A stretch of 64,000 bases of DNA from Nitrospirota bacterium (GTDB lineage Bacteria > Nitrospirota > Thermodesulfovibrionia > Thermodesulfovibrionales > JdFR-88), in contig JAKBYX010000012.1 in assembly GCA_021840255.1 (NCBI GenBank), positions 1,742 to 65,741 on the forward strand, in the 5' to 3' direction. Below are positions 28,676 to 37,916 of the stretch, piece after piece; positions within the stretch are counted from its first letter, which is position 1; every line of letters starts with the position of its first letter. Position numbers and translations under genes: made by a program. The notes under the pieces are model-generated. The model saw only the letters and a list, made by a program, of their open reading frames with translations, made no database searches and was not told the origin of the DNA.

Positions 28676-29625
28676 ATGAAACGCTAAAATACCTGCTCAT
28701 AGTCTTTGGGGTGCTCGGAGTGATGATGAGCATCGCGGCAGGGCTCATATGGGTGGAAAGGAGGCTCCTGGGCCTTTGGCAGGACAGGTACGGTCCGAAC
28801 CGCGTTGGGCCCATGGGGGTCCTTCAGCCCCTTGCGGACGTTATAAAGATACTGGCCAAGGAAGATTGGGTACCCCCTTTTGCCGACAAGCCTGTGTTCA
28901 TGCTGGCCCCTGCCATCATAGTCATCACGGTTCTTTTGTCGTTTGCAGTGGTGCCGTTCACCCCTGGCATAGCTGTGGCGAACCTTAATATCGGGCTGCT
29001 CTATTTCCTTGCCATGTCGTCGCTCGGGGTCTACAGCGTGGCCCTTGGAGGGTGGTCTTCGGGCAACAAATATGCGCTTATCGGAGCGCTCAGGGCCTCG
29101 GCCCAGATGATAAGCTACGAGGTCTTCATGGGGCTTTCTATCATGGGTGTGGTGATGCTTTCTGGTTCTTTTAATCTGCACGAGATAGTTGAGGCCCAAA
29201 AAAGGCTTTGGTTCATAGTGCCCCAGTTCCTGGGTTTTGTAGTCTTCTTTATAGCCGGGGTAGCGGAAACCCACCGTCTGCCGTTTGACCTGCCCGAGGC
29301 TGAAAGCGAGCTTGTGGCCGGTTTCCATTCCGAATATTCAGGGATGAAGTTCGGGCTTTTTTTCGTGGGGGAGTATCTTGGTATCACGCTCATATCCATG
29401 CTCATAACAACTCTTTTTTTCGGGGGCTGGCTTGGCCCCGTGCTTCCCCCGGTGGTATGGTTTTTTATAAAGACATTTTTCTTCATAGGTTTTTTCATCC
29501 TTTTAAGGGCGGCTCTTCCCCGCCCCAGGTACGACCAGCTGATAAGGACAGGGTGGAAGCTCATGCTCCCGCTTGCGCTTTTGAACATAGTTGTGACAGG
29601 GGGGGTAATACTTGCAGCCCGGTAA
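28672..29625 (+). CDS. nuoH: NADH-quinone oxidoreductase subunit H
   Basis: 317 aa, polytopic, with [11 protein letters not shown] and [16 protein letters not shown] blocks. The start overlaps the nuoG stop as ATGA. Confidence 0.95.
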   Translation: MNETLKYLLIVFGVLGVMMSIAAGLIWVERRLLGLWQDRYGPNRVGPMGVLQPLADVIKILAKEDWVPPFADKPVFMLAPAIIVITVLLSFAVVPFTPGIAVANLNIGLLYFLAMSSLGVYSVALGGWSSGNKYALIGALRASAQMISYEVFMGLSIMGVVMLSGSFNLHEIVEAQKRLWFIVPQFLGFVVFFIAGVAETHRLPFDLPEAESELVAGFHSEYSGMKFGLFFVGEYLGITLISMLITTLFFGGWLGPVLPPVVWFFIKTFFFIGFFILLRAALPRPRYDQLIRTGWKLMLPLALLNIVVTGGVILAAR

Positions 29626-29691
29626 CAGGCCCTTTGAAACAGGCCTAAAAACATATAGGCCAACAGACAGGCCCATAAATAGGGATATGGG

Positions 29692-30207
29692 ATGATAAGC
29701 ATACTTAAGGCGCTGTGGACCGTATTTGTGCACCTCTTCAAGCGCAAGGTCACCGTGCTTTACCCTGAAGAAAAGCCTTATATACCGCCAAGGTGGCGGG
29801 GGAGGATAATACTTGCAAGAGACCCTGACGGCGGCGAGCGTTGCGTGGCTTGCCATCTGTGCGCCATCGCCTGCCCAGTGGACTGCATCTCTCTGCAGGC
29901 CACGGAAGATGAGTACGGAAGGCGTTACCCGGAGTTCTTCCGCATAAACTTTTCCCGGTGCATATTCTGCGGGTACTGCGAGGAGGCGTGCCCTACGTAC
30001 GCGATACAGCTTACAACGGATTTCGAGATGAGCGAATACAACCGGCGAAACCTGGTGTATGAGAAGGAGGACCTTCTTATAAGCGGGACGGGCAAGTATC
30101 CCGGCTACAACTTCTACAAGGTGGCAGGGCTTTCCATAAAGGGCAAGGACAAGGGCGAAGCGGAAAACGAGCTTCCTCCCGTGGACGTAAAGGGGCTGAT
30201 GCCGTAA
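29692..30207 (+). CDS. nuoI: NADH-quinone oxidoreductase subunit I
   Basis: 171 aa with two CxxCxxCxxxCP motifs ([24 protein letters not shown]). Confidence 0.95.
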   Translation: MISILKALWTVFVHLFKRKVTVLYPEEKPYIPPRWRGRIILARDPDGGERCVACHLCAIACPVDCISLQATEDEYGRRYPEFFRINFSRCIFCGYCEEACPTYAIQLTTDFEMSEYNRRNLVYEKEDLLISGTGKYPGYNFYKVAGLSIKGKDKGEAENELPPVDVKGLMP

Positions 30208-30749
30208 TGGCCAACGTATTTTACATATCAGCCGCGGTAGCGCTGGTTTCGACCATGCTGGTGATCGTGCAGAGAAACGTGGTGCACGCCCTTTTATATC
30301 TGATACTGTCGCTGCTTTCGGTGGCGGTCATTTTTTTTGATATCGGGGCCCCGTTTGTGGCGGCGCTTGAGATCATCATATACGCGGGGGCCATCATGGT
30401 GCTTTTTGTTTTCGTGATAATGATGCTGAATCTCGGGGCGCAGTCCGCGGAAGAGGAGAGGCATTGGCAAACCTGGGGGATGTGGATAGGCCCCGCGGTA
30501 TTAGGGGCAGTGCTGCTGGCGGACCTGGTCTACATGCTGGCGCAGGGCCCTCCCCGCGGCTTCTTTGGCAATATGGGCCCCGTTGGGCCAAAACAGGTGG
30601 GTATCGCGCTGTTCGGGCCATATCTGATCGGTGTGGAGCTGGCCTCGCTGCTTCTGCTTGCCGGGCTCATCGGGGCATATCATTTGGGTAAACCGGCAAA
30701 GATGGCGGAAGCGGGCAAAAATCGTGCACGGGAAAGAGGAGGAGAATAA
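30207..30749 (+). CDS. nuoJ: NADH-quinone oxidoreductase subunit J
   Basis: 180 aa, hydrophobic, with a TAATG stop-start overlap with nuoI. Assigned by operon position. Confidence 0.9.
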   Translation: MANVFYISAAVALVSTMLVIVQRNVVHALLYLILSLLSVAVIFFDIGAPFVAALEIIIYAGAIMVLFVFVIMMLNLGAQSAEEERHWQTWGMWIGPAVLGAVLLADLVYMLAQGPPRGFFGNMGPVGPKQVGIALFGPYLIGVELASLLLLAGLIGAYHLGKPAKMAEAGKNRARERGGE

Positions 30750-30752
30750 GGC

Positions 30753-31127
30753 ATGACACCATTGCCGGCGGGACATCCCCCGCTGCATTCCGCTGTGGCC
30801 CAGCTTTATTCCGCGGCAGTTTACGGGGTGCCGGTGGCTCACGGGCTGATGCTGGCATGGGTGCTTTTCATAGTAGGGCTCATAGGCGTGCTGGTGCGCA
30901 GGAACCTGATATTCATCCTCATGTCCGTGGAGATAATGCTCAACGCCGCGGGGCTTGCCTTCATTATCGCGGGGAGCCGTTGGGGCCAGCCGGATGGGCA
31001 GGTGATGTTCATATTCATTCTGGCCATGGCGGCAGCGGAGGTGTCGGTGGGGCTTGCGCTTGTGCTGCTTTTTAACCGGCGGTTCAGGACGCTGGATACG
31101 GATGCTGCAAATAGGATGAAAGGCTAG
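30753..31127 (+). CDS. nuoK: NADH-quinone oxidoreductase subunit K (with ~25-aa N-terminal extension)
   Basis: 124 aa from the ATG at 30753, which has a strong AGGAGGAG SD. The canonical NuoK core starts near the GTG at 30828 ([26 protein letters not shown]). Confidence 0.85.
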   Translation: MTPLPAGHPPLHSAVAQLYSAAVYGVPVAHGLMLAWVLFIVGLIGVLVRRNLIFILMSVEIMLNAAGLAFIIAGSRWGQPDGQVMFIFILAMAAAEVSVGLALVLLFNRRFRTLDTDAANRMKG

Positions 31128-31148
31128 GCGGGAAGGTAAAAAAATAAA

Positions 31149-33053
31149 ATGCTTCAGCTTCTATGGCTCATACCTGTTTTGCCGTTTGCGGGTTTTTTGA
31201 TACTGGCGCTTTTTGGCGGGCGGATGCGCAAGTCCGCTGTGGCGGCCGTTGGCGTTGGCTCGGTCGGGCTTGCGGCCCTGGTTTCATTAGTAGTGGCCGC
31301 CGGTTTCCTGTTGTCCGCGCAAAACCCTTCTGCCCGGGTCTACACGCAGTACATCTGGACGTGGATAAATATCGGCGCGTTCAAACCGGGCATCTTTTTG
31401 TATCTCGATGCACTTTCCCTGGTGATGGTGCTTGTAGTGACGGTGGTGGGTTTTTTCATACACCTTTATTCGGCCCAGTTTATGGAAGAGAGCGAGGGCT
31501 ACGGCCGGTTTTTTGCCTACATGAATCTTTTTGTAGGCTCGATGCTGATCCTGGTGCTTTCGGGCAACCTGCTGTTGTTGTACCTTGGATGGGAGGGCGT
31601 GGGCCTCTGCAGTTACCTCCTGATAGGTTTCTGGTACAAGGAGCCGGAAAACGGGTCAGCCGCGATCAAGGCGTTCGTGGTGACGCGCGTTGGCGACACC
31701 GCCCTTGCGATAGGCCTTTTTTTGATCTTTTTGAATTTGGGCTCGCTGGACATACAAACGCTGATGGGAACGGCCGCGCTTAAATGGCGGATCGGGGGAG
31801 AGCTTCCCACGCTGGCGGCCGCGCTCATTCTTGGGGGAGCGGTGGGCAAATCCGCTCAGTTGCCGCTTCAGACCTGGCTGCCGGACGCAATGGCGGGCCC
31901 CACGCCCGTCAGCGCTCTGATACATGCCGCCACGATGGTAACGGCCGGCGTGTATCTTATAGCCAGGACCCATGTGCTTTTCAGCATGGCCCCGAGGGTG
32001 GAGCTTGCCGTTGGCATTATCGGAGCGGCAACGCTTCTTATCTCCTCAATGAGCGCGCTTGTCCAGCACGATATAAAGAGGGTGCTGGCATATTCCACCA
32101 TCAGCCAGATAGGGTACATGTTCCTGGCCCTTGGAGTGGGGGCATGGTCCGCTGCGATCTTCCACCTTGTGACGCACGCCTTTTTCAAAGCGCTTTTGTT
32201 CCTTGGGGCCGGAGCGGTCATAGCGGGATTTGGCGGGGAACATGACATGTTCAAGATGGGGGGAGTCAGGAAGCAGTCGCCTTTTGTCTTCTGGACATTT
32301 TTGGCCGGGGCCTGTTCTCTGTCGGCCCTTCCCCTTGTGACGGCGGGCTTTTACAGCAAGGGCATGATCCTGTTTGGCGCATGGCAGTCCAGGCAGGCGG
32401 GGTTTTGGCTCTGGGCGGCCGGACTGACCGGGGCATTTTTGACCTCGATATATACGTTCAGGATGGTGTTCATCACTTTTTTTGGCGAGGCCAGAACGGC
32501 CATGGCTAAAAAGCCGGACATCCGCGAAGCCGTACCGCTTGTAGTGCTTGCTTTCCTGGCGGTCGTGGGCGGTTTTATCGGCTTGCCCCGTTTTCTTGGG
32601 ATAAGGTCTTTATCGATCACCGGTTTCCTCTCCGCCGTCCTGCCGTCTTCCGCTCAAATGGAGGGGCAAAAAGAAACGGAACTGCTCCTGGAGACGGTCG
32701 CTTCCATTATTTCCCTTGCCGGTATATACGTGGCCTACTTTTTCTGGCTTTCCGCCCCCGAATATTCGCGCGAAATAGCGCAAAGCCGGGCCGGAAAGAC
32801 CATCAGGAGGTTTTTGTTTTCCGGATGGGGATTTGACTGGCTCTACGGGAAACTCTTTGTGGCCCCGTACAAATGGGTGGCAAGGGTCAGCAGGAATGAT
32901 GTCATAGACGTGGCCTACTCGTTCATAGCCGGGGTGAACAGGTTTTTCCATTACGGGCTGAGCATGACGCAGACGGGCAGGGTACGGTTTTATGCCGCGG
33001 CCATTGCTCTGGGGGCCGCTGTCACCATAACCATAGCGGTGCTCGCCAGATGA
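31149..33053 (+). CDS. nuoL: NADH-quinone oxidoreductase subunit L
   Basis: 634 aa antiporter-like subunit (WEGVGLCSYLLIGFW, SAQLPLQTWLPDAMAGPTPVSALIHAATMVTAG). Confidence 0.95.
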   Translation: MLQLLWLIPVLPFAGFLILALFGGRMRKSAVAAVGVGSVGLAALVSLVVAAGFLLSAQNPSARVYTQYIWTWINIGAFKPGIFLYLDALSLVMVLVVTVVGFFIHLYSAQFMEESEGYGRFFAYMNLFVGSMLILVLSGNLLLLYLGWEGVGLCSYLLIGFWYKEPENGSAAIKAFVVTRVGDTALAIGLFLIFLNLGSLDIQTLMGTAALKWRIGGELPTLAAALILGGAVGKSAQLPLQTWLPDAMAGPTPVSALIHAATMVTAGVYLIARTHVLFSMAPRVELAVGIIGAATLLISSMSALVQHDIKRVLAYSTISQIGYMFLALGVGAWSAAIFHLVTHAFFKALLFLGAGAVIAGFGGEHDMFKMGGVRKQSPFVFWTFLAGACSLSALPLVTAGFYSKGMILFGAWQSRQAGFWLWAAGLTGAFLTSIYTFRMVFITFFGEARTAMAKKPDIREAVPLVVLAFLAVVGGFIGLPRFLGIRSLSITGFLSAVLPSSAQMEGQKETELLLETVASIISLAGIYVAYFFWLSAPEYSREIAQSRAGKTIRRFLFSGWGFDWLYGKLFVAPYKWVARVSRNDVIDVAYSFIAGVNRFFHYGLSMTQTGRVRFYAAAIALGAAVTITIAVLAR

Positions 33054-34636
33054 TACTTGCATGGCTCATAATAACGCCTTTTGCGGGTGGCGTCCTTGCC
33101 TGGACGCTTGCAAGGGGGCGGGGTCTTCTGGGAGGGCTCGCCTCAAGATGGGTATCCATGATCGCGCTTGCCATTGATCTGCTGCTGGTAGTGCGCCTCT
33201 GGGCAAATTATTACGGCGCGCTGGGGACGGGCGCGTTTTCCCTTTCCGGGATATCATTGCCTTACGGCAAATGGTTAAAGGAGCTTGCCGTGCCGTGGAT
33301 ACCACAGGCGGGCATATCAATTCATCTTGCGATGGACGGCCTCAGCCTTCTTCTTGTTACCCTTACGGTGGTCCTTGGAATGGTTTCGGTTGCCGCCTCC
33401 TGGAGCGAAATAAAGGACCGGGTTGGTTTTTTTCACTTTAATCTCCTCTGGACGCTCTCCGGTATATTAGGGGTCTTTCTTGCGCTGGACCTTTTTCTTT
33501 TCTATTTCTTCTGGGAGATGATGCTTGTGCCCATGTACTTTCTCATAGCCGTGTGGGGACATGAAAGAAGACTGTACGCCTCGGTGAAATTTTTCATCTT
33601 CACCCAGGTAAGCGGCCTTTTCATGCTGCTGTCCATCCTGGGGCTTTTCTTTGTCCACGGCGCGCAGACAGGGGTTTACACATTCGATTACCTGGGTCTC
33701 CTTGGCACAAGGCTGGCCCCTGACACGGCCTTCTGGCTGATGCTTGGTTTTTTTATTGCCTTTGCCGTGAAGCTTCCGGCCGTGCCTGTCCACAGCTGGT
33801 TGCCGGACGCGCACACGGAGGCGCCGACTGCGGGCAGCGTCATCCTTGCGGGGCTTCTTCTTAAGACCGGGGCTTACGGGCTTCTGCGTTTCGCGGTGCC
33901 TCTATTTCCACAGGCATCGGTGAGTTTTGCGCCCGCCGCCATGGCGCTTGGCGTCATAAGCATCCTTTACGGAGCTGTTTTGGCTTACGGGCAGACGGAT
34001 TTCAAAAGGCTGGTGGCCGACACGAGCATAAGCCATATGGGCTTTGTGCTTTTGGGCATTTACGCCTGGAACGGCATCGCGCTCCAGGGCACGGTGATGC
34101 AGATGCTCTGCCACGGCATAAGCACCGGCATGCTCTTTGTCCTCGCGGGGTCGATACAGGAGCGTATACATACCCGTGACATGCGCAGGATGGGGCGGTT
34201 TTGGGAAAAGGTCCCGGTCATGGGCGGGGTCGGGATGCTCTTTGCGCTTGCCTCGCTGGGCCTTCCGGGGCTGGGGAACTTCGTAGGGGAGTTCCTTGTC
34301 CTTTTGGGGGCGTTCAGGGCCAGCCCGGTTATGGCTGTAATTGCCTCGCTAGGGCTTGTTGTCTCCACCGTATATGCGCTCTGGATGGTGCAGCAGGTCT
34401 TCCACGGACAGCCCCGTGAGGAACATGCCCTGTTGCCGGACTTATACCCCAGGGAAAAGGGCATAGCGGCGGCGATGATAATCCTTATCGTATGGCTTGG
34501 CCTCTATCCCCAACCAGTAATAAACGCGGCAAGGCCCGCGCTTGAGAACCTACAGAAGGTCAGGGCCGCCGTTTTAAGGCAGACGCAGGCGGAAGGCAAT
34601 AATCCGGAAAGAGAGGGCTCAAATGGGCTACGCTGA
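33050..34636 (+). CDS. nuoM: NADH-quinone oxidoreductase subunit M
   Basis: 528 aa antiporter-like subunit (FYFFWEMMLVPMYFLI, HSWLPDAHTEAPTAGSVILAG). ATGA overlap with nuoL. Confidence 0.95.
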   Translation: MILAWLIITPFAGGVLAWTLARGRGLLGGLASRWVSMIALAIDLLLVVRLWANYYGALGTGAFSLSGISLPYGKWLKELAVPWIPQAGISIHLAMDGLSLLLVTLTVVLGMVSVAASWSEIKDRVGFFHFNLLWTLSGILGVFLALDLFLFYFFWEMMLVPMYFLIAVWGHERRLYASVKFFIFTQVSGLFMLLSILGLFFVHGAQTGVYTFDYLGLLGTRLAPDTAFWLMLGFFIAFAVKLPAVPVHSWLPDAHTEAPTAGSVILAGLLLKTGAYGLLRFAVPLFPQASVSFAPAAMALGVISILYGAVLAYGQTDFKRLVADTSISHMGFVLLGIYAWNGIALQGTVMQMLCHGISTGMLFVLAGSIQERIHTRDMRRMGRFWEKVPVMGGVGMLFALASLGLPGLGNFVGEFLVLLGAFRASPVMAVIASLGLVVSTVYALWMVQQVFHGQPREEHALLPDLYPREKGIAAAMIILIVWLGLYPQPVINAARPALENLQKVRAAVLRQTQAEGNNPEREGSNGLR

Positions 34637-36134
34637 CCTGTTGGCGTCGCTGCCGCTGGTTCTTGCCGCGGCATCTTCGGTGGCCGTCATGCTGATCATT
34701 GCCTTTTACAGGAACCATGGGCTTGCCGCCCTGGCAACTCTCGCGGGGCTTGCGGTCTCCTTTGCCTCAATTGTTGTGGCCGCCCCTTACGCCCCGAGAA
34801 ACGTCACGGGCCTTCTGGTGATCGACGGCTATGCGCTTTTTTTCATCGGGTTGATATTTGCAGGCACCTTTGCCGCGGCGATGCTGGCCCACGGTTACCT
34901 GGAGAAAACACTCCGGGGGGAACGGGAGGAGTTTTACCTGCTCCTGCTGCTTGCGGCAACCGGGGCGGCTGTTCTTGCGGCAAGCGCGCATTTTGCCTCT
35001 TTTTTCCTTGGCCTTGAGACCCTTAGCGTATCGCTGTACGCCCTTATTTCTTATCCCAAAGGCAGTGAAAGAGCGGTGGAAGCCGGGGTGAAATACCTGG
35101 TGCTGGCCGCGGTGTCCTCGGCGTTTCTGCTGTTTGGCATGGCGCTGGTATATGCCAGGATGGGGACAATGCAATTCTCGGGCATTGCGTCAATGGCCCT
35201 GGGGACATATATGGGGGACCCGGTTTTTCTTGGCGCGCTTGCGCTTATTGCGGCCGGGGTGGGATTCAAGCTCGCGGTGGCCCCGTTCCACATGTGGACG
35301 CCGGATGTGTACGAGGGCGCGCCTCCTCCGGTCGCAGCCTTTGTGGCCACGGTCTCCAAGGGGGCCATGTTCGCGCTTTTTCTCAGGTATTTCGCCAGGG
35401 TGGACATACACCAGAGCCGCTCGCTCGTGCTGGCCGTTGCCGTCATATCCATTGGCTCCATGTTCATAGGAAACCTGCTGGCCCTGCTGCAAAATAACGT
35501 AAAGCGCGTTCTCGCATACTCATCCATTGCCCATCTGGGTTACCTGCTTGTGGCCTTTCTAGCGGCCGGGGCGCTCAGAGTTACGGCATCCGAGTACTAC
35601 CTGGTCTCCTATTTCATCACCATGCTTGGCGCGTTCGGGGTGGTTACCGTGTTGGCCGGAAAAGAGGCGGGGGAGATGGAAGACATCAGGGACTACAGGG
35701 GGCTTTTCGCCAGCCATCCTGTTATTGCCGTGGTTTTTTCGGCGATGCTGTTTTCCTTGGCGGGCATACCGCTTACCGCCGGGTTCATCGGAAAATTCTA
35801 TGTGATAGCCGCGGGGGCGGGCTCCGCTCTCTGGACGCTGCTTATCGCCCTTGCCATAAACAGCGCGATAGGGCTCTTTTACTATGTGAGGATCATCGTG
35901 AGCATGTATTCAAATGTAGAGGCGGGGTATCCAGGTGAAGAGGCGGCGCATACGGGAAGCGGAGAGCATGCCGTTTTTGGCGCCGGACAAATGGGCGGGG
36001 CACCTCCGGTGATAGCCATCCCCATTGGCGGCGGGCTTGCCCTGGCGGGGCTCACCCTTGGGCTGGTGTGGTTCGGGGTCTATCCGCCTACGCTTCTTTC
36101 CATAATCCAGAAAACCATATCCAGTTTGATGTGA
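34623..36134 (+). CDS. nuoN: NADH-quinone oxidoreductase subunit N
   Basis: 503 aa antiporter-like subunit (FHMWTPDVYEGAPPPVAAFVA). Overlaps nuoM by 14 nt. The C-terminus is about 70 aa longer than I expect for NuoN. Confidence 0.9.
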   Translation: MGYADLLASLPLVLAAASSVAVMLIIAFYRNHGLAALATLAGLAVSFASIVVAAPYAPRNVTGLLVIDGYALFFIGLIFAGTFAAAMLAHGYLEKTLRGEREEFYLLLLLAATGAAVLAASAHFASFFLGLETLSVSLYALISYPKGSERAVEAGVKYLVLAAVSSAFLLFGMALVYARMGTMQFSGIASMALGTYMGDPVFLGALALIAAGVGFKLAVAPFHMWTPDVYEGAPPPVAAFVATVSKGAMFALFLRYFARVDIHQSRSLVLAVAVISIGSMFIGNLLALLQNNVKRVLAYSSIAHLGYLLVAFLAAGALRVTASEYYLVSYFITMLGAFGVVTVLAGKEAGEMEDIRDYRGLFASHPVIAVVFSAMLFSLAGIPLTAGFIGKFYVIAAGAGSALWTLLIALAINSAIGLFYYVRIIVSMYSNVEAGYPGEEAAHTGSGEHAVFGAGQMGGAPPVIAIPIGGGLALAGLTLGLVWFGVYPPTLLSIIQKTISSLM

Positions 36135-36175
36135 GCGGCCTGATGTAAAAGGGGCTTGCGCATGGCGCAACGAAC

Positions 36176-36210
36176 AAAAAACCAACGCGGGGTTAACGCG
36201 AAGGTTTTTT
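36176..36210 (+). terminator. rho-independent terminator after nuoN
   Basis: AAAAAACC-AA-CGCG-gggttaa-CGCG-AA-GGTTTTTT: a hairpin flanked by an A-run and a T-run, 42 nt after the nuoN stop. Confidence 0.6.
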
Positions 36211-36287
36211 CAAACAGGGCAGGCAAATACGTTTGATTTTACAAGGGGAGGTCTCATTTTTTTCTTTTTTTGGTTTTTTTGGTTTTC

Positions 36288-36316
36288 TTGACTATTGGCC
36301 CTGAATGTGCCATAGT
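36288..36316 (+). promoter_or_regulatory. candidate promoter of cspA with long 5' leader
   Basis: TTGACT (36288-36293), 17 nt spacer, CATAGT (36311-36316), preceded by T-rich tracts. This leaves a ~115-nt leader, as is usual for cold-shock genes. Confidence 0.3.
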
Positions 36317-36434
36317 GATAATTGGAGTTAATGGAGTCAATTATTACATTTAGAGTTAGCAAAGTCTTTAGTTGCGTTCCCTCTATTGCAGCCTCCTTGA
36401 AACTTCCAAAAACACCTGAAAGGAGGCACACCAG

Positions 36435-36635
36435 ATGACAAACGGCACTGTAAAGTGGTTCAACGAATCCAAAGGGTACGGCTTCATAACAGCTGAAGAC
36501 GGCACCGATGTGTTCGCCCATTATTCCGACGTTCAGAGCAATGGCTTTAAAACACTTGCTGAAGGCGACGCGGTGAGTTTCGAGATCACCGAGGGCAACA
36601 AGGGTCCCAAGGCCTCGAACATCGTAAAACTGTAA
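36435..36635 (+). CDS. cspA: cold-shock protein (CspA family)
   Basis: 66 aa with the RNP motifs KGYGFI and VFAHYS and an AAAGGAGG SD. Confidence 0.95.
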   Translation: MTNGTVKWFNESKGYGFITAEDGTDVFAHYSDVQSNGFKTLAEGDAVSFEITEGNKGPKASNIVKL

Positions 36636-36772
36636 CAGGGTAAAAATGTAACAGGCGGGAAGCGGTCTTGAAAAAGGACCTGATTTCCGGCAAAGGCAAT
36701 GGAAGGGACGGTCAGAATAAACGCCGTCTCTCCCATTTCCGCCTTCGCAGGCAGCGCCTCCCGCTGTTATTT

Positions 36773-36797
36773 CGCGCTTCCTGGTAAGCGCGTTTTT
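36773..36797 (+). terminator. rho-independent terminator downstream of cspA
   Basis: CGCGCTT-cctggt-AAGCGCG is a 7-bp stem followed by TTTTT. Confidence 0.65.
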
Positions 36798-36861
36798 AAA
36801 AACAAAAAATAAAAAACAAAAAACAAAAAAAATTAAACGGCCGCACTGAAAGGAAAATGAA

Positions 36862-37185
36862 ATGGCGTCAAAAAAGATCTATGTTGGGAACCTCCCTTAT
36901 TCTGCTACCGAGGATGACTTGCGGGAAATGTTTTCTGGTGCGGGAAATGTGCAGTCGGTCAGGATAATCAATGATGAGTCCGGGAGATCCAAGGGGTTTG
37001 GCTTTGTAGAAATGGAAACAAGCGAGGAAGCGGAAAAGGCGATAGCCTCATTCAACGGCAAGATGATCGGGGACAGAGCTTTGACCGTCAACGAGGCGCG
37101 GCCGCAGACGGCTAGGCCCGGCGGGGACAGATCTGGGCGTGGAAGGTCCTTTGGCAAAGACAAAGGGCCTGGCAGATGGAGGTAA
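36862..37185 (+). CDS. RRM-type RNA-binding protein with Gly/Arg-rich tail
   Basis: 107 aa with RNP2 (IYVGNL), RNP1 (KGFGFVEM) and a C-terminal GGDRSGRGRSFG tail. Confidence 0.9.
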   Translation: MASKKIYVGNLPYSATEDDLREMFSGAGNVQSVRIINDESGRSKGFGFVEMETSEEAEKAIASFNGKMIGDRALTVNEARPQTARPGGDRSGRGRSFGKDKGPGRWR

Positions 37186-37388
37186 GAGTAGCCGGCGATC
37201 TTGAAAAAGCCCTGAAATTACTGAAAAGGAAAATTCAGAAAGACGGGGTATTAAAAGACCTCAAGAAAAAGCGCTATTACGAAAAACCCTCAGTGAAGAT
37301 GAAAACCAAGCAGAGGGAGGCGCGCAGAAAACGGGCCAAGTCCGGGAAATTCACTAAAAAGCCCGTGGCAATGGCGGACAGGAGTTGA
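37176..37388 (+). CDS. rpsU: 30S ribosomal protein S21
   Basis: 70 aa, very basic, with LKRKIQKDGVLKDLKKKRYYEKPS and REARRKR blocks typical of bS21. The start overlaps the RRM gene by 10 nt. Confidence 0.85.
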   Translation: MEVRVAGDLEKALKLLKRKIQKDGVLKDLKKKRYYEKPSVKMKTKQREARRKRAKSGKFTKKPVAMADRS

Positions 37389-37392
37389 TCAG

Positions 37393-37599
37393 TTGGCAAA
37401 ACGCGCAGGGATGTATAAGTCTGAGAAAAGAAAAAAAGAGATGATCAAGCAGAAAAAGCAGGAACAAAAGAGGCAAAAGCGGCTCGAAAAGGGATCGCGC
37501 CCGGAAGGACAGCCCGAGGAACAGCTTGAGGGACAGGAACCAGGAGGGGAGGCCGAAAACAGCGGGGACTCCACCGGAATGAATGACCCACAGGTTTGA
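37393..37599 (+). CDS. small hypothetical protein with Lys/Arg-rich N-half and acidic C-half
   Basis: 68 aa from the TTG at 37393, or 62 aa from the ATG at 37411. It starts 4 nt after the rpsU stop. No family recognised, and the low-complexity composition makes the call uncertain. Confidence 0.4.
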   Translation: MAKRAGMYKSEKRKKEMIKQKKQEQKRQKRLEKGSRPEGQPEEQLEGQEPGGEAENSGDSTGMNDPQV

Positions 37600-37860
37600 A
37601 GGCTGCATATTCTGAGGACGGGATATTCATTCCGATGATGCCTGAATAGGGCGCTCCCGAAAATAAAAAACCTCCCCCCCCCCCGAGTGTGCAGGAGCAG
37701 CCGGAACCGGCAGGGTGCTGAAAAATTGAAGTCCGGCAAGCAGCAACTGCCGGCTAAAAAGACTAAAAACCTGCCGGCTGTCATCCCTGCCGCTCCTATT
37801 CCCTTAGGTTCATTTTTTTTTGCCCTGCGGCCCCGCAAAACAAAAACCCCCCAAACGTCC

Positions 37861-37866
37861 TATAAT
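37861..37866 (+). promoter_or_regulatory. perfect TATAAT -10 box upstream of the 1512-aa gene
   Basis: TATAAT lies 51 nt upstream of the ATG at 37917. No good -35 element was found, and the region is A-rich. Confidence 0.3.
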
Positions 37867-37916
37867 AAAAAAACAGGCGGCTTATTCTTCCTTAACGGGG
37901 TGAGGGAAAAATTCGA

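Noticed and set aside
30828-31127. An alternative GTG start that would give a canonical 100-aa NuoK.
   Set aside because: The upstream ATG at 30753 is preceded by a strong AGGAGGAG SD, whereas the GTG has none. The longer form was kept, but the choice remains uncertain.
37733-37779. The hairpin CCGGCA-N9-TGCCGG and the direct repeat CTGCCGGCT x2 (37747-37755 and 37771-37779) upstream of the giant gene, considered as regulator sites.
   Set aside because: Six-bp stems and 9-mer repeats at short range are within chance expectation for 64 kb, and there is no further support.
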